The translations under genes and the position numbers were made by a program. Positions 31,857 to 42,585 of a stretch of 64,000 bases of DNA are shown piece by piece; the first letter of the stretch is position 1; the number at the start of each line of letters is the position of its first letter. The notes under the pieces were generated by a model. It saw only the letters and a program-made list of their open reading frames with translations, was not told the origin of the DNA and ran no database searches. The DNA is from an uncultured delta proteobacterium (GTDB taxonomy: Bacteria > Desulfobacterota > Desulfomonilia > Desulfomonilales > Desulfomonilaceae): NCBI GenBank assembly GCA_963789265.1, contig CAWBKB010000001.1:1152001-1216000 (forward strand). Reading direction: 5' to 3'.

Positions 31857-33194
31857 ATGGAAAAAAAAGAGGCACGCATAAATTGTAGCGGTTGTGGGAC
31901 ATCCTACAAGGTGAAAATTCCCGTAACGGACAAACCCGTTAGCTTTAAGTGCAAGAAATGCGGGAAAGTTCTCAAGCTCAGGATCAAGTCGGTCCCTGCA
32001 AAATCCGCGGAGCCGACTCCGGCTCCTCTCGACCCAATGATGGAACCGCCCCCGAATTTCGAGACTACCCAGCTCCCGGATTCCAATGACTACGATAACA
32101 GGCGTGGCGGGCTTTCTTTTCAGGCATCTAATCTGGAACCTCATTCCTTTGGCCAGTCGCTTGAGCCGCCGCCTGTACAGGACAAGAGCCGTCGGTGGAT
32201 AGTTTTGTCGGGGGACATAGTCAAGGGGCCGTTTGTGGACGACGAGATAGTCGCCATGATACGCGACGGAGATATAACGGCTGATACGTCGCTCAGGATG
32301 GGGGAGCGGCCATGGATCAAAGCCGCTGAAGTCGCCAACTTCCGAGACCTGTTTCCAAAAAGCGAAACAAGGTCGAAGAGAGGACCTCTCGCGTCCATTA
32401 CTTTGGTCAAAGATACAGAGGTGGGTGAGGAGCATCTGTCTTCAGTACCACCTTTTTACAAGCAATTGTCCGCGGTCGTCCAGTATCCGATATCAGGGGG
32501 AGCTTGGCAGCCTTTGGCGGTATTTATCGGTATTGCGTTTGTGCTTTGTACGGTTTTATCGTTTCAATTCCTGGTGGGGTTGCCGTTAAGCTTGATAGGT
32601 TGGATACTACTCTACGGGTACCTGAGCGGTCTCATGCAGTTCAGCAGTCACTCTCCAGCCAGCCCTCCGCCTAATTGGGATTTTGGTGCCGCTAAAGAGA
32701 TGGTGACCCAAGGAGGCAGAACTTTGCTCGTTCTGCTCGTGTGTTCTCTTCTACCCGTAGGCGTTCTTATCCTTGGCACGATAGCATGCTTTCTGAATTC
32801 CGAGCCCCTGGTCGGGTACATCCTTATGGCTTTGGGCATTCTCGTTTATGTTGCGTCACTTTTCGTAGTGCCTGCATCTCTTGTTGTCCTGGGCAGCTCA
32901 CAGAAGATAGGGACCGCATTCAGCCCCGGCAAGATTGTTGCTCTGATAAAGGGGGGTGGACGGCCCTACCGTATGTTGGCCGTTGTCTCTCTGGTCGCGG
33001 GGCTGATTTGCATGCTCACTGCGGTCGCCGCGATGTTCCTCGTTGACGTTCCGGACATAGGTTTCTTGGTGGCCGGTCTTGCCATGGCCCTGGTTCTTTC
33101 TTACGGCCATTTTGTCTGGTTTCACGTTCTTGGGAGATTTGCCGGGGAAAATGGGCAACTGACGCGTCAGGTTCTGTCTGCTAAGGCCGTTTGA
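31857..33194 (+). CDS. zinc-ribbon / GYF_2-like / multi-pass membrane protein
   Basis: CSGC..CKKC; VKGPF..I..GDITADT..WIKA; C-terminal hydrophobic helices with PPPNW. Confidence 0.75.
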   Translation: MEKKEARINCSGCGTSYKVKIPVTDKPVSFKCKKCGKVLKLRIKSVPAKSAEPTPAPLDPMMEPPPNFETTQLPDSNDYDNRRGGLSFQASNLEPHSFGQSLEPPPVQDKSRRWIVLSGDIVKGPFVDDEIVAMIRDGDITADTSLRMGERPWIKAAEVANFRDLFPKSETRSKRGPLASITLVKDTEVGEEHLSSVPPFYKQLSAVVQYPISGGAWQPLAVFIGIAFVLCTVLSFQFLVGLPLSLIGWILLYGYLSGLMQFSSHSPASPPPNWDFGAAKEMVTQGGRTLLVLLVCSLLPVGVLILGTIACFLNSEPLVGYILMALGILVYVASLFVVPASLVVLGSSQKIGTAFSPGKIVALIKGGGRPYRMLAVVSLVAGLICMLTAVAAMFLVDVPDIGFLVAGLAMALVLSYGHFVWFHVLGRFAGENGQLTRQVLSAKAV

Positions 33195-33195
33195 T

Positions 33196-34188
33196 ATGAA
33201 GAAGTCGATCCCGGAAATGAATCTGAATGGTCCCGGCGGAAACGCCCCGAGAATTGTGGCTATCCCCGCGCTTATTCTGTTGTTGTTGGTGCTTTGGTGC
33301 CAGGCTCATGCCTTTGATGTGTTCGACCTAGTTCCGGGTGTCATCGAGGCCCCGGAATTCAAAGGGAAAGACCCCATTCAGAAACTGCGTTTGGTCGCCG
33401 ATCTGCTGCGGACAAATAGGGTTAAGCAGTCTGATATAGCTTACGTCGCTCTGGATTGGGCGGACCAGTACGCGAGAGAACCATCGGACCAGCTTGAACG
33501 GTTGAAGAGATGGGCGGAATTGGCAAACGATGAGCAGTTGGGTCACATTAAGATCCCGAGAGATTTCTTGAACCGTGTTTTGGTCGCTGAGTATCTGGTA
33601 GGCCAAACACCCTACCTCAAGGGCTCACCTCGCAAGAAGCTGGAAATATTGGCTAAACTCGCGAAAAAGAATCTCGTGGACTGGTCGGTGGCCCTCGCCT
33701 ATGCCCGGCTTTACGCAGGCGGCTTAATCACAGGTGCGAAGAATTACGACGCCAGGTCTCCGCTTGAGGAGCTGAATGCTCTGAAGAAGCTGAAGGCCTC
33801 AGGATTGGTGGGATGGCATTACTGGATGCCAACCGAAGGAATCCTGGCCTCTGAAGTTTTGGCCATGGATCGGGATTATCGAAGGGCCGCCCCTTTCGAT
33901 CAATTGGTAGAGCTTAGAGAACTTAAGAGAAAAGGCCTAATTACAGTTCAAACCAAGAAGGAACTTGAGAAGCTGCCGGTATGGCGATTGCTGGTGTCCG
34001 ACTCCTCCTTCCTCAAGGCCGACCCTGCCACCAAGAAAGCCAGGTTGCTGAAGCTGAAGAATGAGGGCTTGGTTTCGGCTTCCACAAATTCCGATCTAAA
34101 TGAAGTATTCCACCCCATACCCCTGACCTTACCGTTGGAAACAAAACCTAACCCGCTCCCGCAAAAGATTAATCCCCCTGTAAAGTGA
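33196..34188 (+). CDS. hypothetical exported alpha-helical repeat protein
   Basis: Signal peptide ending AHA; about six internal repeats P..KL..L..L...(G)LV. Confidence 0.7.
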   Translation: MKKSIPEMNLNGPGGNAPRIVAIPALILLLLVLWCQAHAFDVFDLVPGVIEAPEFKGKDPIQKLRLVADLLRTNRVKQSDIAYVALDWADQYAREPSDQLERLKRWAELANDEQLGHIKIPRDFLNRVLVAEYLVGQTPYLKGSPRKKLEILAKLAKKNLVDWSVALAYARLYAGGLITGAKNYDARSPLEELNALKKLKASGLVGWHYWMPTEGILASEVLAMDRDYRRAAPFDQLVELRELKRKGLITVQTKKELEKLPVWRLLVSDSSFLKADPATKKARLLKLKNEGLVSASTNSDLNEVFHPIPLTLPLETKPNPLPQKINPPVK

Positions 34189-34280
34189 CGGTACAATTTT
34201 TGGGGGGCAAAGATATGCTATATTTGCCAAGATTGTGATTGATAAGGGTGTCAGAGTATGTGACGTGAAAGGAACCTACT

Positions 34281-37200
34281 TTGTGTGGAATAGCAGGCTT
34301 TGTAAGCAACGGCCGATGGCAGGAAGTGCCCGATTTATCCTGGATAGACAGCATCCTCAACCAGATGGACGACCTTTGGACCGCTCCGGGTCGGCTGGAA
34401 GAATTTGACGGGCCTCTCAAAGAACTTGTCAGCAGATTCGATGACCTGATGTCATTCGGCTGTCACATGGCTCTCATTGAGGGTGAGAAGTCGGTCGTCC
34501 TACCGAAAATGGAACGCGTTGCGGATCTCCTTGGCCGCGTGCTCGAACGAACCGCGGATTTGACCGCGTCGCAAGGGCGCAGCGATGCCCTTGAACAACT
34601 TGAGGAGGACGCACGGGACTGTCTGTGGCAAATCAAGGAGGAAGTCCTTGGAAACGTGGTTAGGACCACGAATTTGCTGCCTGAAGGATTCGCGACACCC
34701 GATTCCGGGCATGCACGTCATTTTGTGGCGTGGGCGGTCGAGCAAGTGATGGAGAACATTGACCGCCTGGAGGTTCGCGGCCGAGATTCAGCGGGGATAG
34801 CAATTCAATGTTTGCTGTTCAAAGATGTCGACTTCGAGCCCATTTTAGGGCGGGATGCTCAAGATGACGGGCCCTGCGGCGAAACACTGAGAAGCGGAGT
34901 CCAGCGGATCATAAACACAACGAAACTGGCCGATGCCCGGATCTCTTACACATTTATATACAAGATTGCGAATCTGGTGGGCCGCCTTGGTGACAACACA
35001 AGTCGACTCCGCGAGGCCGTTCATGGCGACAAATTGCTGTGGCAAGCGGCAGCCTTTACAGAGCAGGTGAACATTATCGCACACACGCGGTGGGCTTCTA
35101 ATGGCATAATCAGCCTGTCGAACTGCCATCCCGTCGATGGCTGCCTGCGCGATCGAGATCACCTTGCCACACTTGACGACACAAGCGCGCAATTCGTTCT
35201 CAATGGAGACGTGGATAACTATCAGACTCTGATGGATGCGGTGGTGAGGGGTGAAGGATACGACATCGATCCTTTGGTCACCACGGACACAAAGATCTTG
35301 CCGCTGTTGTATCGTCTTGGCACAGATTCCGCCAAATTGCCTGAAGATCGGTTCGCAGCAGTTCTGAACGCGTGCGAAGGGTCGATGGCCGTTGTCATGC
35401 AGCATCCTCATCATCCGAGAACTTTGTTCCTCGGCCAGAAAGGGAGCGGACAAAGTCTATTTGTGGGTAAACTCAAGGATGGGTTTATGTTTGCCTCCGA
35501 GGTCTATGGGCTGGCCGCTCGCACCCGCTGGTCATACAGCCTCTCAGGTACCGAGCGCGGCGGGACTCAAGTAGTTCTAACCGTGGGAGCTTCACATCCG
35601 GACCGGATGACCGGCAGGTATTTGGAAGACGGCCGGCCCTTCGGCATCAAAGGCGAACCCATCTACATTCATTCCCGGGATATTTTCCGCGGCTCGTACA
35701 ACTATTATTTCGAAAAGGAGATACACGAGGCCCCATCCAGCATCAGAAAAACCATCAGACATAAGTACAGCAAGGTTGCCGGCAGAATAGACTTCTCCAA
35801 AGAGGGCGGCGGAAGCTTCGGTCCCCTTCTGGGGCGGCTGCGAGATCCTGTGTTGCCCCCTATAAGGAGGGTCACGGTTATCGGTCAAGGAACAGCGTCA
35901 GTTGCGGCTATGGGAGCCGCCTATCTGATCGAACGGGCGCTTAGGGGATCTCGTGTTTCAATAGACTGGCGGAAATCCTCGGAGATGTCGGGCTTCCTGT
36001 CTGAAGAGCCTCTCGCAGACATGCTGTTGATAGCGATTTCTCAGAGCGGGACTACCACAGACACCAATCGCACGGTGGATGTGGCTGGTTCACAGGGTGC
36101 GTGGGTTCATGCCATTGTGAACCGCCGCAACTCTCCTCTGGTGGCCAAGTCCAATTCTCATTTCTATACAAGCGACGGTCGCGACGTGGAAATGGCCGTA
36201 GCATCCACCAAGGCATTCTACTCACAGATCGCAGCCGCTAAAATCACGGCCCTCTTATTGGCCCAAGAATTCAACACCTTGGCAGGAGAAGAGATCTACG
36301 AAGAAATCCAGGAATTGGAGAAACTCCCCGGCGAAATTGAATCTGTGTTGAGGCAATGCGACACCATCAAGGAGTACGCGGAAAAGTACGGGCCGGCTAA
36401 CCGCAATTGGGCCGTGGTCGGAAACGGCCCCAACAAGATCGCGGCGGATGAAATCAGGATAAAGCTTAGCGAGCTCTGTTATAAGTCGATTCCTTGCGAT
36501 TTCACCGAGGATAAGAAGCACATTGATCTGTCAACCGAACCCCTGACATTGGTGGTGGCCAACGATCTGCCGGAACAACTCGTTCAGGACACCGTGAAAG
36601 AGGTCGCCATTTTCAAAGCCCATAACGGCAAGCCGCTCGTGTTATGTGCCCGCGGCGAAAAACGTTTTAAGGAGCATGCGGAGCACTTGATCGAACTGCC
36701 AACCATTGGGGCAGGATTAGGATTTGTCTTGGCCACGGTAGCGGGACATCTGTGGGGATTTTACGCGGCCAAGGCGATAGATGCTTCCGCTGAAGAACTT
36801 CGAAATGTCCGGACCCTGTTGGCGAAGGCCCTGGGAGAACCGGACGGTTGGGACCCGGACGCTTTGAGATCAAAGTTTGGCAAGGTGATGAAGCTCATAG
36901 GATCAGGAGAGATGAACGCTTCGCTCCCCGCATCTACGGTTGCAGCTATGGCCCTGTATGCCGCGCGCCTTGAGTACAGCCCACACGGACGCGAGGTAGC
37001 GAGAGTTGACATCGAGCAAGGTATAGCAATACTGAACAGTGCCATAGAAGATATGACTCGACCCATTGATACGATTCGACATCAGGCCAAGACTGTCACA
37101 GTGGGTATTTCTCGGCCGCAGGAAGTGTTGCCGCCGGTCTTGCTGAGTGCCCTTGAGCAATTATCCGTGCTTCCCGGCCACATCAGGGAGCAGGATCGCC

Positions 37201-37697
37201 GACTGTTGCGCACCGTGTCTCCTATCATTGTGGCGGTCCAGGGCGGCCTGCTTTACAAAATTGTGAAAGCGACACAGGCCGGGCAGGGCAGCGGCCACCC
37301 AGCGATTCAAGTGACCGGCCGATTCGGGGTCTGCGTAGGCAGGCCATCCCGATATGACCGACCCAAGCCGGCCGGTGGAAGTAAACGCACCACGTTAAGG
37401 GTTGAACGGGCTGTCTGGAGTTCCGGTCCGGACGGCTCTGAGAGCTTGTTGCTCCTTCCCTTGTTTGATGAGGAAGTGAGTGAGAGCAACGGTGTAATTC
37501 TTCTTCATCTCATTTTTGCGGAACAAGCTTCCATTCAACAAAAGATGGCAGTCCTCCGCGCTCTGGGAACGCGGTACCATGATGTAATGGAGTGGCTCGA
37601 GGAAATCTCTAATTCGCGGAGCCTGGAGGACGTGCTGTCAGTTGTCTCCCCACGGGACCTGGTTCTCGCTCCTGTAGAGGGTTTGGTGCCTCGGTAA
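34281..37697 (+). CDS. glmS: extended glutamine--fructose-6-phosphate transaminase (GlmS-like, 1138 aa)
   Basis: MCGI N-terminus, RGRDSAG, AHTRWA, SQSGTTTDT, VASTKAF, AKTVTVG; large insertions and a C-terminal extension. Confidence 0.8.
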   Translation: MCGIAGFVSNGRWQEVPDLSWIDSILNQMDDLWTAPGRLEEFDGPLKELVSRFDDLMSFGCHMALIEGEKSVVLPKMERVADLLGRVLERTADLTASQGRSDALEQLEEDARDCLWQIKEEVLGNVVRTTNLLPEGFATPDSGHARHFVAWAVEQVMENIDRLEVRGRDSAGIAIQCLLFKDVDFEPILGRDAQDDGPCGETLRSGVQRIINTTKLADARISYTFIYKIANLVGRLGDNTSRLREAVHGDKLLWQAAAFTEQVNIIAHTRWASNGIISLSNCHPVDGCLRDRDHLATLDDTSAQFVLNGDVDNYQTLMDAVVRGEGYDIDPLVTTDTKILPLLYRLGTDSAKLPEDRFAAVLNACEGSMAVVMQHPHHPRTLFLGQKGSGQSLFVGKLKDGFMFASEVYGLAARTRWSYSLSGTERGGTQVVLTVGASHPDRMTGRYLEDGRPFGIKGEPIYIHSRDIFRGSYNYYFEKEIHEAPSSIRKTIRHKYSKVAGRIDFSKEGGGSFGPLLGRLRDPVLPPIRRVTVIGQGTASVAAMGAAYLIERALRGSRVSIDWRKSSEMSGFLSEEPLADMLLIAISQSGTTTDTNRTVDVAGSQGAWVHAIVNRRNSPLVAKSNSHFYTSDGRDVEMAVASTKAFYSQIAAAKITALLLAQEFNTLAGEEIYEEIQELEKLPGEIESVLRQCDTIKEYAEKYGPANRNWAVVGNGPNKIAADEIRIKLSELCYKSIPCDFTEDKKHIDLSTEPLTLVVANDLPEQLVQDTVKEVAIFKAHNGKPLVLCARGEKRFKEHAEHLIELPTIGAGLGFVLATVAGHLWGFYAAKAIDASAEELRNVRTLLAKALGEPDGWDPDALRSKFGKVMKLIGSGEMNASLPASTVAAMALYAARLEYSPHGREVARVDIEQGIAILNSAIEDMTRPIDTIRHQAKTVTVGISRPQEVLPPVLLSALEQLSVLPGHIREQDRRLLRTVSPIIVAVQGGLLYKIVKATQAGQGSGHPAIQVTGRFGVCVGRPSRYDRPKPAGGSKRTTLRVERAVWSSGPDGSESLLLLPLFDEEVSESNGVILLHLIFAEQASIQQKMAVLRALGTRYHDVMEWLEEISNSRSLEDVLSVVSPRDLVLAPVEGLVPR

Positions 37698-38034
37698 AGC
37701 AAGTGATACCGGTTTGCGATTAAAGGCTAAGTGGAGCGGATCTCGAAAGTATCGTCGTAATGCGCAAGTGCGTTGGCCCCCAATTTAGACTGGTGGGACA
37801 GTCCCGCGAGGCGCGAGACAGCTTGTCGCCGATGGACGGGCAGGATGCCCATCCCCACTGCAACCCAGCGCGGAACGCGGGGCGTCGCCACCAAATGATT
37901 CCTTTTCCGAGATTACTTTTGAGAATTACCACATTTGCCGATTCTCACTTTTTGAGAGCGAACGAGTGGGAGGCCGGTCACGATATTTTTCAACCGTTGT
38001 CAGTCGTTGATGGGAAAAAGGGACCGCGAATCCC

Positions 38035-39045
38035 TCACCTCGCGAGGTAGCCTTCATGGACTAGCGATTCCTTTATCTTGGGTCCCAAACCTTTCGGCAC
38101 CCTCAAAGGGAATCCCAGCGGACTACGCTTGTCCGCTTTGGGCAGGATTCCGGTCGATGGATCAACGCCGGGATTCAGTTCCCAGATGGCCCGGGCATTG
38201 GTTCGGCACCAATTTGCCACGACATAGAGAGGCAAATCCTTGAGTAGTTTCAATCGGCCCAGAAAGTCAAAAGACATCGGCGGCAGGGGAGAAATCGCTA
38301 CCCCGTAGAAACTCCGGTGGGTGTCGATAATCTTCAGCGCGACCAGCCGAGGGATGATCACTTCCGAGTAGCTCGGCATGACCATGCCCCAGTAGGAGAA
38401 GCCTTTAGACTTGCTCACGATCACGTCAATGTTGTCGATTCCATCCACGAAGGCGCAGATCGCCAACAGCCAGTCGGCACCCGACTTCCGGCGAAGGATT
38501 CCCCGAAGAATGGTGCTTGCAATTCTGGTGGAAAGGATAGGATCTCTGCGATCGTCCCAGTCATCAGTCACGAGCCACTGGCCCAATGAAGAATCTTTCT
38601 TGCCTTTGACGGACCCCAGGGCCCACCATCCCACCCCTCCCGCGCGGTTCCGAAAATTGGGGAGCAGGCCGCTGAGGATGGCCGGAAGATAGATCAGGTC
38701 ACTGGGGACTTTTTGCTCGGTCAATACCTGCCGAATCATAGGACCGTAAAGCCCCATCCTGTCGAACCACTCCATCATGCCGGCGCGTCGGTCCATCAGC
38801 AGGTAGTTTATCTGATCAACGACTCGCGTGGCGACTTCGTGGCGGTCGATGGGGATGCGTACCCCGGCAAAGGTGGCCCCTTGCTTCTGAACGTCAGGGG
38901 GTAGAACATAATTGGCCCGAGAATAACCGGGAGCTTCTGCCGCACAGCTCGGCTCGCAAAGGATACCCAGGAACAGTATCCCCGCCAGGATCCCCGTTCC
39001 GAGGTTGAAGAACAGACATGCGGGATTGCCGTACTTCCTGTTCAT
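38035..39045 (-). CDS. MltD-like SLT-fold protein, probably catalytically inactive
   Basis: Aligns with the 2080..3138 paralog (DDRRDP..ST, ELNP, LRVP), but LESG is replaced by ILSG. Confidence 0.7.
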   Translation of the reverse strand: MNRKYGNPACLFFNLGTGILAGILFLGILCEPSCAAEAPGYSRANYVLPPDVQKQGATFAGVRIPIDRHEVATRVVDQINYLLMDRRAGMMEWFDRMGLYGPMIRQVLTEQKVPSDLIYLPAILSGLLPNFRNRAGGVGWWALGSVKGKKDSSLGQWLVTDDWDDRRDPILSTRIASTILRGILRRKSGADWLLAICAFVDGIDNIDVIVSKSKGFSYWGMVMPSYSEVIIPRLVALKIIDTHRSFYGVAISPLPPMSFDFLGRLKLLKDLPLYVVANWCRTNARAIWELNPGVDPSTGILPKADKRSPLGFPLRVPKGLGPKIKESLVHEGYLAR

Positions 39046-39135
39046 GCACCATTCAATTCGAATGACGGGAAAAAGCCCTTAACCTAACAAGAGATTTCAA
39101 ACATTGCTCCGATACATGGCATCGACGATTCCAAT

Positions 39136-39411
39136 TCAAGAATTGGCTCTTTCCTTGAGTTCTTTACCTGTCTTGAAAAAAGGTAAGTGTTTGCTTTTGA
39201 CGGTGATCTGTTCGCCCGTCTTGGGGTTCCTTCCTGTGTAACCTCCATAATTCTTGACCACGAACGAACCAAAGCCGCGTACCTCGATCCTATCGCCGGC
39301 TATCAGCGCGGTGGACATGGTGTTGAAGACCATATCCGCCACCTCTTCGGCCTTGCGAAGCGGCAGATCCATCTCTTTAGCCAAGGATTTTACCAGGTCG
39401 GATTTGTTCAT
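39136..39411 (-). CDS. ihfB: integration host factor beta / HU-family protein
   Basis: MNKSDL, RIEVRGFGSF, GRNPKTGE, PFFKTGKELKER. Confidence 0.88.
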   Translation of the reverse strand: MNKSDLVKSLAKEMDLPLRKAEEVADMVFNTMSTALIAGDRIEVRGFGSFVVKNYGGYTGRNPKTGEQITVKSKHLPFFKTGKELKERANS

Positions 39412-39835
39412 TGCAAACTCCTGTCATGTCTCGAACTGTTGTCATTTGCGCGTCGGTTAGCAAACGCCCGGCAATTGAGGCCGACTGCGCGCGGCATAGT
39501 TTCATGTCGGCGCATTCAAGCCGGGAGTAAACTCCGCCCTCGGTTCCATTTATGCATTGACAGCCGCGCTGCCAGGTAGCTAAGGATCGGTACTCTCCCA
39601 ATAAAACAAAGTGAGACCCCGAAGAAGGTGAGAGCGCGAAAGCAAGGGTATACTTTTAGACGCGCCGGCAAATTCTTGTCAAGAGATTTTGGACAAACAG
39701 CTACAGCAGCGAGGTTGCGAGTGACGATTACAGGAAATGGAACTTGCGCAGCGAGGCCGCAGGATGCTTTTGCCCCGCAAGCGCCGACTTATACCAACCC
39801 CCATAGCTAGAGGCTACAACGACACAGGAAAACGT

Positions 39836-39957
39836 GTAACCATTCAGTCTTGTGAGGCAGGCTTTCCAGCCTGCCGGGGAAAGCCCTGTTCAATGGCGGG
39901 CTAGAAAGCCCACCCCACGAAGCCATCCGCAAATTCCGGCTGTTACTGAATGTATAC
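39836..39957 (+). mobile_element. 122-bp IS66-type MITE
   Basis: Ends GTAACCATTCAG / CTGAATGTATAC; perfect 8-bp duplication GAAAACGT. Confidence 0.88.
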
Positions 39958-40073
39958 GAAAACGTCAGCAGGACCGTCCCGCGCAGAACGCGGGATTGCC
40001 GGTCGGTAACAGGGCGTTTTCCTGTGAATTCGTATTCAAAATCCCCCCTTATCCCCATCTCGGCTGTTAGTTC

Positions 40074-40616
40074 TTAGCGATACCTGATATTGGATGGCTG
40101 GTTCGCTTCATAACCGGGCGAAACCGGCGTAGCCGGGGCTCGATGATTCTTGTACTGGATGTAGGCCTCGTCCAATAGAAGGTCTTTCAGTTCGGCGATT
40201 AACCGGTTTCTTTCTCGGGATATGCTCTTAAAGTTGGCGGTAGAGGAGTTGCCACGCCTTCTGCTCCCTATTGTAGCGCAGCGCTGCAAGTCTTTGAAAC
40301 AAGACTGTTCCTGGTCCGCCAAGTCGCGGCATCTCTCACCCGCTTCAGCCATCCTCTCTCTACGGTCCTTGAGAGCAGCCCGAACGATCCGCGATATTGG
40401 CTTCCGGCTTCCACGCGTCGCTATTTCCTGTGTAATTTGCGGAGCAATCGATTCATACTTGACCTTCCGATAACTCTCCATGCCGGCTCGGAGCGACTCA
40501 TAGGCATTGGACCATTTGGTCTGCTCGCCGTCACACCAGCCGGAGACAGTTTCCGACAAGAGAGGCGTTCCTGTGAGAAGAAGTGTAAGAGCGAGGAGGA
40601 CAAATACGCGAGTCAT
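40074..40616 (-). CDS. hypothetical exported protein
   Basis: Signal peptide; start overlaps the upstream stop; helical. Confidence 0.6.
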   Translation of the reverse strand: MTRVFVLLALTLLLTGTPLLSETVSGWCDGEQTKWSNAYESLRAGMESYRKVKYESIAPQITQEIATRGSRKPISRIVRAALKDRRERMAEAGERCRDLADQEQSCFKDLQRCATIGSRRRGNSSTANFKSISRERNRLIAELKDLLLDEAYIQYKNHRAPATPVSPGYEANQPSNIRYR

Positions 40617-42130
40617 AACGGATTCCCCTCCTCACGTTTCAGGAAAAAGCCAAAAAAGTCACTGGTGTAGCTCCGGTCGTACCTGTCAAGGGTGTAGGTT
40701 TTCTGTTCGGGAGAGAGCTTGACCCTCTTGACGATTTCTCCTCCACTGTTGCCATAGTACAGATTCCCCACCACGTTGTGAGGATTGGCATCTCCGTGAA
40801 TAGCCCTCTCACATCCGGCCAGTACGAGAGCCTTGGCCAGGTCCTTAGTGCTGATATGGTAACCCACCGCAAATACCAGGTTACCGTCCTTTCGGATGCC
40901 GAAGGCGCTGCGAGTGGCAATGAACCATCCTTCACCATAGCTCGTTGTGGGCTCGCCGCCTCCGTAACCGCCCCAATACCCGCTCCAATAAGAATTTGAA
41001 TTCGACTCGACTTCCGAAAGGAGGAAACCCAGGCCGATCTCAGAATCGGCTCTCTTTCCCCCCTTCATCACCGAGTCGACCACTTTTCCGTCCTTCACTA
41101 TCAAGTGCCTGAGCTGGCGAGCATCACGAACAAGAGATGTAGGTATGCCTTCATTCCATTCAAGGATGTCCACGGAATCATCGTTGTACGCAACGATAGT
41201 GGCCACCCCCGGGGTCAGGTTCCTTAAGACAGTCCCGCGAAAGATACCTCCCGCTTCGCCCGAATGCTTCTGTTTCCAGAGAGCGTTGGTTATGGCCACA
41301 AGCCGCGGCTTATCTGCGGGGTCGACAGAAGCGGTTTTGCTCGATCCGCCCGGTTCGGCCGACCCTATGTAAAGCCTCATGGATAGCTGCTTCATGTCGA
41401 GCGCCAGCATATACACGATGGCGTTGGGGTACTCGGCACTCGGTCTGTAAATGGTTCTATAAACTACCGGTATTCCGTCTTTCCCTGTAGGTAGGCCGGC
41501 CGACTGCCATACACCTTCTCCGGGCAATGGAGGGGTGACGTACAGTGGCGGAATATTCTTCAAAGATATCGACCTGAAAGGCGCCCCGGAGTAATCGCCG
41601 GGCATCTCGATGATAGGCTTCAACAGGATCGACGAGCTCCTCGGCGAAGAAAGCATGGTGCTAAACCGTTTGCCAAGGCGGTCGCCCCAGGATTCGGGGG
41701 TCTCGGTCCTCCCTGGTGAGAGCGGCTTGGCGTCGGTGGTCTGCTTTGTCCCGGCACCGAGGACCTGCGAATCACGGTTCGCCTTCCCCTGGGTGCGCTC
41801 GTCTTGAGGAAGCCGATGCCGCTTCTCTTTTCCCTGTTTCGTGGCCGGTGCGCTTTCCCTCAGTAGGACCTCCCAAGGAGGCGGGGATTCCTCGAAATCG
41901 TCGGCCCACACTACCGGAATGAAATGAAAAGCTGTCATAAACATGAGGACAATAAGAAGAGAGTAGAACTTATTAACAGTGTTAGTACGACAGAGCCGGA
42001 CTTCAATGTCCTTTGCCGTTAGTATACCGACCGGTGATGCCCTACGCGGGCGAATCCCTCGCAAAGCCCATGACCGGGTCCTCGGCTCCGCGCATGCAAG
42101 CCGCCTGCCGATTGACAATATTTTCCTCAT
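40613..42130 (-). CDS. phosphodiester-glycosidase-like exported protein (true start probably near 41980)
   Basis: TRSAFGIRKDGNLVFAVG..LAKALVLAGCERAIHGDAN. Confidence 0.6.
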   Translation of the reverse strand: MRKILSIGRRLACAEPRTRSWALRGIRPRRASPVGILTAKDIEVRLCRTNTVNKFYSLLIVLMFMTAFHFIPVVWADDFEESPPPWEVLLRESAPATKQGKEKRHRLPQDERTQGKANRDSQVLGAGTKQTTDAKPLSPGRTETPESWGDRLGKRFSTMLSSPRSSSILLKPIIEMPGDYSGAPFRSISLKNIPPLYVTPPLPGEGVWQSAGLPTGKDGIPVVYRTIYRPSAEYPNAIVYMLALDMKQLSMRLYIGSAEPGGSSKTASVDPADKPRLVAITNALWKQKHSGEAGGIFRGTVLRNLTPGVATIVAYNDDSVDILEWNEGIPTSLVRDARQLRHLIVKDGKVVDSVMKGGKRADSEIGLGFLLSEVESNSNSYWSGYWGGYGGGEPTTSYGEGWFIATRSAFGIRKDGNLVFAVGYHISTKDLAKALVLAGCERAIHGDANPHNVVGNLYYGNSGGEIVKRVKLSPEQKTYTLDRYDRSYTSDFFGFFLKREEGNPL

Positions 42131-42585
42131 CAGCTATGGATACCCCAACCCTCAATTACCTAAAGCAGGTGTAGTGGTGCTGCCTGATTAATTTGAAATC
42201 CTCAGATGCCGGCCCGGGTTTGTTGACGGGGTTCCGAGCGAGGAATCTGAACGACGTCTCTGCTTTTACCAATTCCGCCCCTGCCCGTCAAGAAACCGCG
42301 GTTTCGGCAGTGCAAGAAAGGCGCAAAAATCTTCGGAACTATTCACTTGACAAAGAAGTTTGACTGTCATTGCGAGGGCGCCAGCCCGTGGCAATCTCTC
42401 ATCCGGGTGAGCATTAATTGCCGGTGGGACGGGCATCTTGCCCGTCATCCCTAATAGACAGGCTAGAAGCCTGTCCCACCATCCACTCCTCGCAATGACA
42501 TTGGTCTCTCAAGGGGTTCTTTGACAACGCCACAATTCCGAAAATCTTCAATCAGAGGGATCGTGTTGAACGGCAGGGTGAAACA

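Noticed and set aside
42045..42115. Possible c-di-GMP-I riboswitch (GCAAAGCC..GGGTC..TGCCGA)
   Set aside because: Lacks the P2 GNRA stem and GACGCAAA core; weak resemblance only
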